Origin: Bdellovibrionota bacterium FG-1
Lineage (GTDB): Bacteria > Bdellovibrionota > UBA1018
Direction: 5' to 3'
Length of the DNA stretch: 64,000 bases
Assembly: GCA_051382295.1 (NCBI GenBank)
Contig: JBBCAW010000078.1
Span: 1 to 64,000, forward strand
In this document: positions 42,011 to 51,936 of the stretch, piece by piece
Layout of the letters: each line of letters begins with the position of its first letter
Numbering within the stretch: the stretch's first letter is position 1
Program-made: the position numbers and the translations under genes
The notes under the pieces: model-generated
Seen by the model: the letters and a program-made list of their open reading frames with translations, nothing else
Told to the model about the DNA's origin: nothing
Database searches by the model: none

Positions 42011-42044
42011 AAAAGCCCTGAGCTTCGGCTCGGGGCTTTTTTTT
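42011..42044. terminator. Bidirectional intrinsic terminator
   Basis: AAAAGCCCTGAGC-TTCG-GCTCGGGGCTTTTTTTT, between convergent genes. Confidence 0.9.
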
Positions 42045-42055
42045 GTTTTTACCGG

Positions 42056-42883
42056 CTATTTTAGGTCTTTTTCGACAGTTTTCTCTAAATGATCAAGCAC
42101 CCATTTGAAGACCTCTAGGTAGCTTGGCCCCCCTCGTAAGGGAATCGGACCGGTCTCCGAATAGTGATCTCCGGGCAAGGCGCCTAAGAATTTTCCCCAC
42201 TCCGCCGACTGAAGACTCACCATTCCATCGTTTTCAGGAAAACCAGCTTTTGCGATGATCTCATGGGCAACCCATAGCCAAGGAACCAGTGAATGGGTAA
42301 AAATTGACCCCGGAATGTAAAATCCGGCGCTAAAATACCTCACTCGAGGATCATTCTGGACCTCCGGGTTAAAAATCCGGTCCATATAATCCGTCGTTAG
42401 CTCATGGGCAGCACGCAAATCGCCTTCAAACCATTTTGAAAGGACCGCATTTCCGCCAGCGAGGTGCTTCACCACAAAATCCGCCAATGGACTCCCGTGA
42501 TGAGGCGTGGCCAAAGTGGTGATTGAGGCAATTCGATCGCCCAAGCCGTACCGATGCACGACCAAACGGCAATCTAGACCGCCCATACTATGTCCGATCA
42601 GATGCATGGACCCCTGGGGGACCAATCGATGGATTTCATCGCGCAAAATTGCAGCACGTTCTTCAATCGTGCCGTTAGAAGGGGTCTCGGCGATCAAAAA
42701 TTCATGGCCACGATCCCGAAAAAGCTGTTTCAAAGCAAAAAGCGCCTCATAGGGAAGGCTCGAAACCCCTAACCCATGGGCAAAAACGACGGGGAGGGGT
42801 CCTCTCTGTGGAGTCGAGGCCAACGCAGTGGCCGAATTCACGGCTAACCCAACAAATACCAAAAAAAGACCGCATGTTCTCAT
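42056..42883 (-). CDS. Secreted triacylglycerol lipase (alpha/beta hydrolase)
   Basis: FAHGL, GHSMGG, TPHHGS, NDGMV and DH motifs. Confidence 0.9.
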   Translation of the reverse strand: MRTCGLFLVFVGLAVNSATALASTPQRGPLPVVFAHGLGVSSLPYEALFALKQLFRDRGHEFLIAETPSNGTIEERAAILRDEIHRLVPQGSMHLIGHSMGGLDCRLVVHRYGLGDRIASITTLATPHHGSPLADFVVKHLAGGNAVLSKWFEGDLRAAHELTTDYMDRIFNPEVQNDPRVRYFSAGFYIPGSIFTHSLVPWLWVAHEIIAKAGFPENDGMVSLQSAEWGKFLGALPGDHYSETGPIPLRGGPSYLEVFKWVLDHLEKTVEKDLK

Positions 42884-43950
42884 CTCTTCTCCTCAAGTCG
42901 AGCTGCAACAATAGCCTGGGCCACTCTCACCGGAAAGGAGGGACCGCCAAAAATCCAACCTGAATAAATTTGCACGAGATCAGCGCCGGATTGCAAACGA
43001 AGCACCGCTTCCTCGGGGGTCATCACTCCCCCCACGGAAACGATCGGAAGGCGCGTGAACTGCCTGGCCTCGATCAAACATTTTCGTGATAAATCAGTGA
43101 GCGGTGCGCCACTCCAACCTCCGGTCATATTCTGATATTCACCGGCCAGCGTATTGGTGAGAACCCAACCATTCACACCCCATCCTTCAGCGGTCTGAAT
43201 CAAATCCTTGAGTTCTGAGCCTTGTAGCTCGGGGGCAAGCTTCAAAAGAAGCGGAGGCCGATGATTCCAGCTCGAAATCTGATCATTGACCTGACCCACG
43301 ATGGGTTGAAGTGCTTGCACTGTTTGGAGAGACCTCAGACCAGGGGTATTAGGAGAACTCACATTGATCACGACATAGTCGGCGATATTCCGAAAAGGCT
43401 CAATCGCGCGCACATAATCCAAAGCAGCAGCATCATTAGGGGTGTCTTTATTCTTTCCAATGTTGACCCCCACTCGAAACCCCTGGGGAAGTTTTGATTT
43501 CGCACTCGCTACCTGCTCGGCGACGAAGGATGCGCCTAATCCATTGAATCCCATCCGATTAAAGATAGCTTTCCGCTCGGGATCACGAAAAAGGCGAGGG
43601 CGATCATTTCCGGGCTGAGGCCGGGGCGTGACCGTTCCAATTTCAGCAAAACCGAAACCGAGTTCCGGCAACCCAGTCAAAATTTCGGCATCTTTGTCAA
43701 ATCCTGCTGCCAAACCCAGACGGGATTTGAAAGTCATACCCCAGACTTGATCCATGCTTGAATCCTGCTTTTGGGGCGACTTTTCGGCAATAGTCACCCG
43801 GCCCCCCCGAATCCCCCGACTCATCAACCTGAGCGGAAAACCTCCCAAACGGATAGAAGCCCGGATAAATGAGAGGGTGAGGCGATGAATACCTTCCGCA
43901 TCAAAGCAAAAAAGAATGCGCTTGAGAACGGACCAGATCCAAACCTGCAT
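42880..43950 (-). CDS. pyrD: Quinone-dependent dihydroorotate dehydrogenase
   Basis: GLAAGFDK, NRMGFN, NVSSPNTPGLR and KLAP motifs. Confidence 0.96.
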   Translation of the reverse strand: MQVWIWSVLKRILFCFDAEGIHRLTLSFIRASIRLGGFPLRLMSRGIRGGRVTIAEKSPQKQDSSMDQVWGMTFKSRLGLAAGFDKDAEILTGLPELGFGFAEIGTVTPRPQPGNDRPRLFRDPERKAIFNRMGFNGLGASFVAEQVASAKSKLPQGFRVGVNIGKNKDTPNDAAALDYVRAIEPFRNIADYVVINVSSPNTPGLRSLQTVQALQPIVGQVNDQISSWNHRPPLLLKLAPELQGSELKDLIQTAEGWGVNGWVLTNTLAGEYQNMTGGWSGAPLTDLSRKCLIEARQFTRLPIVSVGGVMTPEEAVLRLQSGADLVQIYSGWIFGGPSFPVRVAQAIVAARLEEKR

Positions 43951-45234
43951 TTACTGTCCTCGTCGGGTGAGGCACTGCATAAAAAAGCCGTCGGTGGGCC
44001 CCGGCCCGAAAAAACCGCCTGGCCCCGCCTCGAATTCAGGGTGAGCACGCAAGAAACGATCCACGACCTCGCGAGTCTCCGCTAGCCGGAAGGTACAAAC
44101 TCCAAAAACTAACCGTCCAGAACCGGCCACCAGCTGCGAATATTCTGAAAGTAATCTCAATTGGATTTCCGGCATCCTTTCCAACACGCTTGGATCTTGC
44201 CGCCATTTAATATCAGGATTGCGTCGCAATACGCCCCAGCCCGTGCACGGCGCATCGACGAGGACCACATGGGCCCGACGTTTAAAGCGTCCAATCGCTT
44301 CACTTTCTTGTCCTTCACGAACCTGTACGGTTTGAATGTTGGTCACGCCGGCTCGTGTGGCTCGTCGACGAAGCGCCTGCAGTTTTGGCGCAGAAGTGTC
44401 ATACGCATAGATACGCCCTTTTCCCCCAAGCGCATCCGCAATCGCCAAACTTTTGCCACCCGCTCCTGCGCACGCATCGACCACGTTCCAAGCAGGAACC
44501 TCTTGAGGAATCTGCGGCACCTTCAGCGGCATCGTCACGGGTCCTGGGCTCTCGCTTAAGAGAGGACCAAAAATTTCCGGCCAAAGCGCAAAAAGGGCCA
44601 TCAATTGGGAGCCTTCGTCCTGAATTTCAAACATCCCCTTGTGAAAAAGGTCGCTTCCTAAAATTGCGGCATACCCTGAAAGCCGAACGCCGAATGGCGC
44701 GAACTCTGAAACCTGGGCCCTCACCGGCAATTGACTTCCTCCAGCAAGCCCCTTAAGCAGTGCGGCAGCTCCGAGCCGTTTAGAGGCCCGAAGACTCAGG
44801 GGAGGCTCCTGTCCCAAGACGTTCACCAACTTGAGCGCAGTCGCATGACCCCATGCACTTTCCCACTCCTGAATCATCCTGGGCGGAAAGTCAGCCGGCT
44901 GCGGCTCGGGCATTTCAAGTCGCTGGCTCATCCCATGATAAAGACGCTCGCCGAGTAACTGCGCCGAACGCCAATGAGCTAACCCTTGAGGGTCTAACGA
45001 CCAAGGTTCTCCGGGTACCATCCCGACCCCCAAAACTTCGGCTTGCGAAACCGGACGGAGAAGAATGGGCGGCATCATTTGCGCAACCGTGGTCTTGGTG
45101 TTTCTTGGAAGCTTAGAAAGCGCCGAATCCAAATGTACGTGCGAACTAAACAGACTCTGCCAAACTTCATTAAATTTTTTTAAAACCGTAGCCGAAGAAG
45201 CCGACTCGGTGTCTGCATGGTGGCCTTTTTTCAT
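43951..45234 (-). CDS. RsmB/NOP family RNA m5C methyltransferase
   Basis: QDEGSQ, DACAGAGGKS, DAPCTGWG and CTF motifs. Confidence 0.9.
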   Translation of the reverse strand: MKKGHHADTESASSATVLKKFNEVWQSLFSSHVHLDSALSKLPRNTKTTVAQMMPPILLRPVSQAEVLGVGMVPGEPWSLDPQGLAHWRSAQLLGERLYHGMSQRLEMPEPQPADFPPRMIQEWESAWGHATALKLVNVLGQEPPLSLRASKRLGAAALLKGLAGGSQLPVRAQVSEFAPFGVRLSGYAAILGSDLFHKGMFEIQDEGSQLMALFALWPEIFGPLLSESPGPVTMPLKVPQIPQEVPAWNVVDACAGAGGKSLAIADALGGKGRIYAYDTSAPKLQALRRRATRAGVTNIQTVQVREGQESEAIGRFKRRAHVVLVDAPCTGWGVLRRNPDIKWRQDPSVLERMPEIQLRLLSEYSQLVAGSGRLVFGVCTFRLAETREVVDRFLRAHPEFEAGPGGFFGPGPTDGFFMQCLTRRGQ

Positions 45235-45327
45235 GAAGAGCCTTCTATCGCATTGCGGCGGGAAAATCTTTACCTATTCCAGCCGAATAGAGATAAATTT
45301 GAAAAATAAAAATAGGAGAGCTTCAAA

Positions 45328-46476
45328 ATGATCGACTTCACACTCACTGATGAACAAAAACAACTTCAAGAACTTGCCCGAAAATTTACCAAAGAAGAAA
45401 TCATTCCGAAAGCGGCAGAATTGGATAAGAGCGGCAAATATCCGTTCGAAATTGCAAAAAAAGCCTGGGAACTTGGAATCATGAATACCCACATCCCCAC
45501 TGAATACGGTGGGATGGGCATGGGGGTTCTCGAAGGCTGTATCATTACAGAAGAACTTTCTTACGGGTGCACGGGCATTGCCACAGCCATGGAAGCCAAT
45601 ACCCTGGCGGCGGCTCCGCTCATCGTCGCGGGAAGTGAGGAACAAAAGAAAGAATTCTTGAACAAACGCCTCGTCGATGAGGGAAAATTTGCTGCCTATT
45701 GTGTCACTGAACCTGGCGCCGGTTCGGACGTCACTGGCATCAGAACCCTAGCAAAAAAGGTCGGCGCGGATTATGTCATTAATGGCGCAAAAATGTGGAT
45801 CACCAATGCCTCGGTTGCCGACTGGTACTTTGTACTCGCCTATACGGACCCCACGGCCAAACATAAGGGGATGAGCGGATTCATTATTCCTGCTAATACT
45901 CCCGGAATCACCGTAGGCAAAAAGGAGTGCAATCTCGGGCAACACGCTTCGGACACCCGGGGAATCACTTTTGATGAAGTGAAAATTCCGGAAAAATGGC
46001 GTGTTGGGAAGGAAGGCGATGGCTTTAAGATCGCTATGGGCGCCTTTGATCACACTCGCCCGGCCGTCGCCTCCGGCGCTGTGGGACTCGCTCGCCGGGC
46101 CATGGACGAAGCTGTTGAATATGCTAAAACCCGTAAAGCCTTTGGGCAGCCGATCGCAGGATTCCAAGCCATTAGCTTTATGATCGCCGATATGGCGATG
46201 GAAATCGAAGCCGCCCGCGGCCTGGTCTATAAAGCAGCCTGGATGATCGACAACGGACAGCGCAATACCAAGTTTGCCGCCTACGCCAAGGCCTTTGCCG
46301 CTGACGTCGTCAATAAAACAACCACTAACGCCGTCCAAGTCTTCGGCGGCTATGGGTACTCTGAAGAGTATCCCGTAGAAAAGCTCATGCGCGATGCCAA
46401 GATCTATCAGATCTACGAAGGCACCTCGCAAATTCAACGACTGATCATCGCCAAAGAAATATTTGAGCGAGGTTAA
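45328..46476 (+). CDS. Acyl-CoA dehydrogenase (MCAD-like)
   Basis: [17 protein letters not shown] and [10 protein letters not shown] motifs. Confidence 0.95.
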   Translation: MIDFTLTDEQKQLQELARKFTKEEIIPKAAELDKSGKYPFEIAKKAWELGIMNTHIPTEYGGMGMGVLEGCIITEELSYGCTGIATAMEANTLAAAPLIVAGSEEQKKEFLNKRLVDEGKFAAYCVTEPGAGSDVTGIRTLAKKVGADYVINGAKMWITNASVADWYFVLAYTDPTAKHKGMSGFIIPANTPGITVGKKECNLGQHASDTRGITFDEVKIPEKWRVGKEGDGFKIAMGAFDHTRPAVASGAVGLARRAMDEAVEYAKTRKAFGQPIAGFQAISFMIADMAMEIEAARGLVYKAAWMIDNGQRNTKFAAYAKAFAADVVNKTTTNAVQVFGGYGYSEEYPVEKLMRDAKIYQIYEGTSQIQRLIIAKEIFERG

Positions 46477-46485
46477 GTAGTTTGA

Positions 46486-46515
46486 GGCGCGCATCCCAGC
46501 GGTGCGCGCCCTTTT
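46486..46515 (+). terminator. Intrinsic terminator
   Basis: GGCGCGCA...TGCGCGCC stem followed by CTTTT. Confidence 0.65.
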
Positions 46516-46522
46516 AACGCAC

Positions 46523-47008
46523 TCATTCTATAGAAAAAAGCTCGATTTCAAAAATGACATTAGCCCCGGGCGGAACCTTGTTTTGCCCTTTTTTTCCATA
46601 AGCAAGCGCAGCCGGAACCGTGACCCGACGCTTCTCCCCGATCTTCATGCCTTTGAGCGCCTGATCCCATCCCAAAATCACCGACCCCACCCCCAATTTG
46701 AACCTAAAGGGACGCCCCCGATCATAGGATGAATCCACCTTCTGTCCTGAATCTAAAAACGCCGTGTATTGAACCGTCAAAAAATTGAGGTTCTTGGCTC
46801 CCTCCCCGGAGCCTTCCTGTAAAATATCCGAATGAAGTCCTAACTTTTTACCCACCGTACGGAGGGATTTAACCGGAGCAGGCCCCGCGCTCACTGAAAT
46901 CAGCCCCATTCGTTGAATTTGGCGCCAAATCAAATAAAAAACGCCGCCCGATAGAACCCCATAAACAATCCAAATCAAAACCGTGGCCATTAAAAGAGAT
47001 CCTATCAC
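46523..47008 (-). CDS. FKBP-type peptidyl-prolyl isomerase with an N-terminal TM helix
   Basis: DSSYDRGRPF, VILGWDQAL, LAYG and VIFEIEL motifs. Confidence 0.9.
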   Translation of the reverse strand: MIGSLLMATVLIWIVYGVLSGGVFYLIWRQIQRMGLISVSAGPAPVKSLRTVGKKLGLHSDILQEGSGEGAKNLNFLTVQYTAFLDSGQKVDSSYDRGRPFRFKLGVGSVILGWDQALKGMKIGEKRRVTVPAALAYGKKGQNKVPPGANVIFEIELFSIE

Positions 47009-47032
47009 GAACTCAGACGCCCTGAAACTCCG

Positions 47033-48094
47033 TCAACCATCGCCCTTTTTAAGCGATTCAAAAATTCGCAAGTAACTGGAATGACGCACCAGCCAACCGG
47101 CGGCACATCCTGCCTCGCCCGAATGCAAACAGCCCACCCCCTCGCAAATGAGCCCGTGAAACTCCGGAAAAAATCCGGCCAACCGGGCAGGCTCGATCTC
47201 CGCTAAGGCAAATTCGCGCACGCCGGGAGTATCAATCCATTGAGATTCCTTGGGCCCATCCAATAATATGGCGCTACTCGTGGTATGACGGCCCTTTCCA
47301 GTGGAATCGCTGATCTGACCGACCCTGCCGACCTCGGATCCTAAAAGCAAATTCAGAAGCGACGTTTTTCCGGCTCCCGAACGGCCGCAAAACACCACGG
47401 TCTTTCCCGAAATACAGTGCCTAAAATCTTCGACTCCTACTCCCGTGCGAACACTCAGTTCAGTCACCTTCCAGCCAAGCTGACGATAAATTTCCCAGGG
47501 GATACTGCCCCCATCCTGCCAGAGATCAATTTTAGTCACGCAGATCATCACTTCGATTCCCGCAAGCTGCGCGCCCACCAAAAACCGATCCACCAACCCG
47601 GGCGAAAACTCGGGTGCACACAGGGATGCCACAATCACGACTAAGTCGACGTTGGCAGCAAGCACATGCTGAACTTTGCCCGCATCCTCGCCTTGACGCC
47701 CCGGTGCTCTCCGCATCAACCGGTTGCGTCGCTCACAAACCCCTTCGACGACCCCGCTATCGGGACTGGATCTTGAAACCAAAACACGGTCCCCAACCGC
47801 TACTGGCGTCCGCTCTCGTGATTCAAGTCCCGCTTGCCCGACCACCTGAGCCCGTCGATAACTACAAAGGAACGACAACGAAGCCGCAGGAAAACCGGAA
47901 TCAGGACAATCGAGGTTGATGCGGCATTGTTTTGGAAAAACTTCCGCGACGGTGGCATTGGCGTCCTTGCTCTCCAGATAAGTCGCTTTAGAAACATTGG
48001 CCTTTTTGTTTCGCATACCACTGCGTGAACCTGACGAAACACCTTCGTCGTCCATCCAATCGTCTGAATCACCCCGAAACCTGGGAGGTGTCAA
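47033..48094 (-). CDS. rsgA: Ribosome small-subunit-dependent GTPase A
   Basis: VGDRV, TKID, GRSGAGKTS, GRHTT, DTPG and C-terminal C-C-H-C motifs. Confidence 0.93.
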   Translation of the reverse strand: MTPPRFRGDSDDWMDDEGVSSGSRSGMRNKKANVSKATYLESKDANATVAEVFPKQCRINLDCPDSGFPAASLSFLCSYRRAQVVGQAGLESRERTPVAVGDRVLVSRSSPDSGVVEGVCERRNRLMRRAPGRQGEDAGKVQHVLAANVDLVVIVASLCAPEFSPGLVDRFLVGAQLAGIEVMICVTKIDLWQDGGSIPWEIYRQLGWKVTELSVRTGVGVEDFRHCISGKTVVFCGRSGAGKTSLLNLLLGSEVGRVGQISDSTGKGRHTTSSAILLDGPKESQWIDTPGVREFALAEIEPARLAGFFPEFHGLICEGVGCLHSGEAGCAAGWLVRHSSYLRIFESLKKGDG

Positions 48095-48190
48095 TTTCGT
48101 CCGCTCCTTATATCCAAAAAATCACCCAAAAACACTCTAGCACGGCTCTCAAAGTAAGCATATAGTTCCTAACCTGAAGGAGACTCCATC

Positions 48191-49447
48191 ATGCACCACG
48201 ACGTCGATCTTGCCCATCTGACTCAAAAAACCTCCTTTCCGAAGGAGCAAATCAAGGTATTGCTCCTCGAAAACATCCACCCTCTGGCCAAGGATATTTT
48301 GTCATCTGAAGGCTTTCAAATCGAAACCCTGCCGGGCGCCTTAAGCGAGGACCAACTCAAGGAACGGATCCGCGACGTACATGTCCTAGGGATTCGAAGC
48401 AAAACCTACGTCAGCGCGGCGGTGTTAGCCGAAGCTAAGAAGCTTTTAACGGTCGGGGCCTTTTGCATCGGCACCAATCAAATCGAACTCGAAGCCGCCA
48501 AAGCACGAGGAATTCCAGTTTTCAATGCGCCCTTCGGAAACACCCGTAGCGTTGCCGAAATGATCATCGCGGAAGTTATCATGCTTTCGCGTCAGCTCGC
48601 CCATCGGTCCATGGAAATGCATGGCAACGTTTGGAAAAAAATCTCAAAAGATTGCCATGAAGTTCGCGGCAAGACGATCGGCATTATCGGCTACGGACAC
48701 ATTGGGTCGCAAGTTTCGACACTTTCCGAAGCCCTCGGCATGCGAGTGCTCTTTTTTGACATCCTCTCTAAATTGCCTCTTGGCAATGCCAAACCCGCTA
48801 ACTCGCTTGCGAACCTGTTACGCGAAAGTGATTTTGTAACGCTTCATGTCCCGGAGACGCCTCAGACCAAAGGCATGATCTCGGTCGATCAAATTCAACT
48901 TATGAAAAAGGGTGCCTGTCTTTTGAATGCCAGCCGCGGCACCGTGGTGGATATCCCCGCACTCGCTTCCGCACTCAAAAACGCCCATTTGAGCGGCGCT
49001 GCAATCGACGTTTTTCCCAAAGAACCCGAAAACAATATCAATGACTACGTCACGGAGCTCCAAGGACTCTCGAATGTCATCCTCACGCCCCATATTGGAG
49101 GCGCCACCGAAGAAGCCCAAGCCAATATTGGCGAAGAGGTTCCGACCACCCTCGTTCGTTACGTCAACACCGGTGCCACCTCGGGGGCCGTCAATTTTCC
49201 GCAGGTCGACCTCGCCCCCAGTCACCAAACGCACCGCATTCTCAATGTGCACCGAAACGTCCCAGGGGTGTTGACGGCCGTCAACCGGATTGTCTCAGAC
49301 CTCGGTGCCAATATCAGCGCTCAATCGTTGGCCACAGACGGGGACATCGGCTACCTGGTCATCGATACCGACCAACAGCTTTCGCTCGATATCAAAAATG
49401 CGATCGAAGGGCTCAATACCTCGATTAAAACGAGAATTTTGTATTAG
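48191..49447 (+). CDS. serA: D-3-phosphoglycerate dehydrogenase (E. coli type, with ACT domain)
   Basis: GIRSKT, FCIGTNQ, GYGHIG, TPHIGGAT and HRNVPG motifs. Confidence 0.96.
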   Translation: MHHDVDLAHLTQKTSFPKEQIKVLLLENIHPLAKDILSSEGFQIETLPGALSEDQLKERIRDVHVLGIRSKTYVSAAVLAEAKKLLTVGAFCIGTNQIELEAAKARGIPVFNAPFGNTRSVAEMIIAEVIMLSRQLAHRSMEMHGNVWKKISKDCHEVRGKTIGIIGYGHIGSQVSTLSEALGMRVLFFDILSKLPLGNAKPANSLANLLRESDFVTLHVPETPQTKGMISVDQIQLMKKGACLLNASRGTVVDIPALASALKNAHLSGAAIDVFPKEPENNINDYVTELQGLSNVILTPHIGGATEEAQANIGEEVPTTLVRYVNTGATSGAVNFPQVDLAPSHQTHRILNVHRNVPGVLTAVNRIVSDLGANISAQSLATDGDIGYLVIDTDQQLSLDIKNAIEGLNTSIKTRILY

Positions 49448-49464
49448 TTCCCCTTGAATCCTGT

Positions 49465-50868
49465 TCAATCCAAAATTTTGCCTGGATTGAGCAGCCCAAG
49501 GGGGTCGAATATTTTTTTCATCGCGCGGAACAACTCCAACTCAACCGGCGTGCGCGAATACGCAAGCGCTCCTTTTTTTAGGAGTCCGATTCCATGCTCC
49601 GCGGAGACGCTGCCCCGGTGCTTTTGCACCAGCGCAAAAAGATCTCGATCGGCCGCTTTTGTATGCTGAACGAATGCCTCGCGACTCATCCCTTCGGGCT
49701 GAAGAGCATTGACGTGGAGATTACCATCCCCAATATGCCCGAAAAAATAGACGTCGATCCCGGCATACTGATCCCGAAAAAGGTCTCCCATGGCCGCGAC
49801 AAAAAACTCCAGTTCCGAAATCGGAAGAGCGATGTCATTTTTGTGCAAAAAGGCCTTACGCGCCAGGCTCTCCGCGACCCCTTCGCGCAACATCCAAAGT
49901 TCGCGGGCCTCGCGAGGAGACTGCGCTAAGGTGCCATCCAAAACCAGCCCCTTCTCAAAAAGCGAGGAAAGCCAGCCGTCCAGGACGGCTTGAGCATCTG
50001 CGGAGGAGGGCCGTTCCACTTCCATCAGCACGTACGCTCCGTACTGTTCACCGAAAGGAGACTTCAAATTCAAATTTACGGTAACAGCCTCAAGACAGGG
50101 GTGGGTGAGACATTCAAAAGCCATGAGGGTAAAGGGCGCGCGACGGGCTTCTAACAAAAGCTGGAAAACAGCCTTCATGTCCTGCACCGCAAAAAAGAAC
50201 ACATCCAACTTTTCAGGAAGACGTATCAATTTAAGCGTCGCCTCGGTGATGATTCCCAAAGTCCCTTCCGTCCCGATAAAAAGCTGACGCAAATCAATAC
50301 CGGTATTGTTTTTTTCCAGAGCACCATTGAGCTCAAGCACTTCACCGTTCATCAACACAACCTGAAGGCCAAGCACCCAGTTGCGGGTCATCCCGTAATG
50401 GATAACCCTCACTCCACCGGCGTTAGTCGAGATATTTCCCCCCACCTGACTCGACCCCTTCGAGGCAAAATCAATTGGCCAGGTCAAGCCATGAGGCTCA
50501 CAGTGTTTGTGAACCGCCTCGGTCACCGCGCCAGCCTGCACCCGAAGGGTATGCGCCAAACAGTCCACCGGCCCCAGATGATTCATGCGCACAAAACTCA
50601 GCACGATCTCACCGTGAGCGGCAACCGCACCGCCCGCCAGCCCTGTACGGCCCCCCGAAGGGACGAGAGCCACCCGATGCTCAGTGCAAAGCTTGGCAAA
50701 TCGAGAAACCTCATCCGTGGTCCTCGGAAAGACCACCGCCGAAGGTCGAGGTCGGTAGACCTTAGTCCAGTCTCGACCATAGGTTTCGAGAGCCTGGGGG
50801 TCGCGAGTCAAAAAATCCACTGGAAACCGGGATTGAATTTCTGCAAAAAAGGGGGTTAAGTCGCACAT
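49465..50868 (-). CDS. FAD-linked oxidoreductase, D-2-hydroxyglutarate dehydrogenase-like
   Basis: PSGGRTGL, FASKGSSQVGGNISTNAGG, KNNTG, GHIGDGNLH and SAEHGIG motifs. Confidence 0.88.
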   Translation of the reverse strand: MCDLTPFFAEIQSRFPVDFLTRDPQALETYGRDWTKVYRPRPSAVVFPRTTDEVSRFAKLCTEHRVALVPSGGRTGLAGGAVAAHGEIVLSFVRMNHLGPVDCLAHTLRVQAGAVTEAVHKHCEPHGLTWPIDFASKGSSQVGGNISTNAGGVRVIHYGMTRNWVLGLQVVLMNGEVLELNGALEKNNTGIDLRQLFIGTEGTLGIITEATLKLIRLPEKLDVFFFAVQDMKAVFQLLLEARRAPFTLMAFECLTHPCLEAVTVNLNLKSPFGEQYGAYVLMEVERPSSADAQAVLDGWLSSLFEKGLVLDGTLAQSPREARELWMLREGVAESLARKAFLHKNDIALPISELEFFVAAMGDLFRDQYAGIDVYFFGHIGDGNLHVNALQPEGMSREAFVQHTKAADRDLFALVQKHRGSVSAEHGIGLLKKGALAYSRTPVELELFRAMKKIFDPLGLLNPGKILD

Positions 50869-50924
50869 AAAACCTACTTTATCTGAAATAAGCGCTCTGA
50901 ACTGCTCCGATGTGAGACAAAATT

Positions 50925-51191
50925 TTAGCCTATTTTTTTTCTTTCCTTGATGAGCTGATCAAGTCGCTCGGTGATCCAGATCTTAATAAGGGACTGGCGG
51001 GAAACTCCGAGACGATTGGATTCCCGGTCCAGCTCGGCCACGGTCCAAGCGGGAAAATCTACGTTAACCCGGAAAACGGCGGTGTTCAGGTCGGCATACT
51101 CCATAATGCTCTCACCAGCATCAAACCGTTGATCCATCTCTTCAGCGGTGATTGGCTTTGGCTCGTGCTTCGTAGGCTTTTTTTTCTTCAT
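50925..51191 (-). CDS. brnA: BrnA/CopG-type antitoxin
   Basis: RVNVDFPAW...LGVSRQSLIKIWI ribbon-helix-helix pattern. Confidence 0.85.
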   Translation of the reverse strand: MKKKKPTKHEPKPITAEEMDQRFDAGESIMEYADLNTAVFRVNVDFPAWTVAELDRESNRLGVSRQSLIKIWITERLDQLIKERKKIG

Positions 51192-51420
51192 CGCGCGACC
51201 TCCTTACAGAAATAATTCTAATTCTTTCGTCTCGATACGTGATGATCGCCGTCCAAAATATTCCATCTATCTGACCCACGATCGCGTATCGGCATTCAGT
51301 TGTGGTCTTGAGCTCAAACTCAAAAAATGAACCGAACCAAAGGACCTGCGCCTCAACAAAATCTATCCCGTGTTTTTCTTTGTTGCCTTGGCTTTTCGTT
51401 AGATCAAACTCGAAGCGCAT
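51142..51420 (-). CDS. brnT: BrnT-family toxin
   Basis: FEFD..KS..NKEKHGIDF, RIRIISVRRSRDEE. Confidence 0.9.
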   Translation of the reverse strand: MRFEFDLTKSQGNKEKHGIDFVEAQVLWFGSFFEFELKTTTECRYAIVGQIDGIFWTAIITYRDERIRIISVRRSRDEEKKAYEARAKANHR

Positions 51421-51584
51421 ACCTGAATTTATACTATTTTTATACTATCATGTAAACGGTAGGGGGTAGGCTTAGGCGGTTTTTCTTGACTCGAGCGAGT
51501 TTATGCACCGTGTCTTTTTTAGTTGACAAAATCAGTATTCTGAATTATTTACTGCATCCGTATTTAAAATTTAAGGAGACCCCC

Positions 51585-51893
51585 ATGTTGCGTCTAACTG
51601 CCCTTCTGATTATCCTCGGTTCCCTTGCAGGATTTTCTCTGCCAGCACAGGCCAGCGAAATGCCAAAATGCGCAGCCCTCGCAGCCCGATCTGTCCAACA
51701 AGCCTTTCCGGCCCTTCGCGACACTCATCGAATCGATTGTGCATCCAAATCGACCCGCGACGATGGCGCGTCTCTCAGTTGTGAAAAAGGCGATCAAGTC
51801 AAAGTCTGTAAAATCACGACCTCGGATGACCTCCAATTCACTGTCGTGCTAGACGGCGATTGCGAAAGCACCCTAGTCACTTTTCAAGAGTAG
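51585..51893 (+). CDS. Small secreted Cys-containing hypothetical protein
   Basis: AAGGAG RBS and signal peptide ending AQA. Confidence 0.7.
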   Translation: MLRLTALLIILGSLAGFSLPAQASEMPKCAALAARSVQQAFPALRDTHRIDCASKSTRDDGASLSCEKGDQVKVCKITTSDDLQFTVVLDGDCESTLVTFQE

Positions 51894-51936
51894 TGATTTG
51901 CAGTTAGTGCTAGAATCCTAACGACCGGGGGCTAGC

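Noticed and set aside
45748..46494. 248-aa antisense ORF, and the similar 51910-52650 ORF
   Set aside because: They lie opposite well-supported genes (acyl-CoA dehydrogenase, RND pump) and carry no recognisable motifs.
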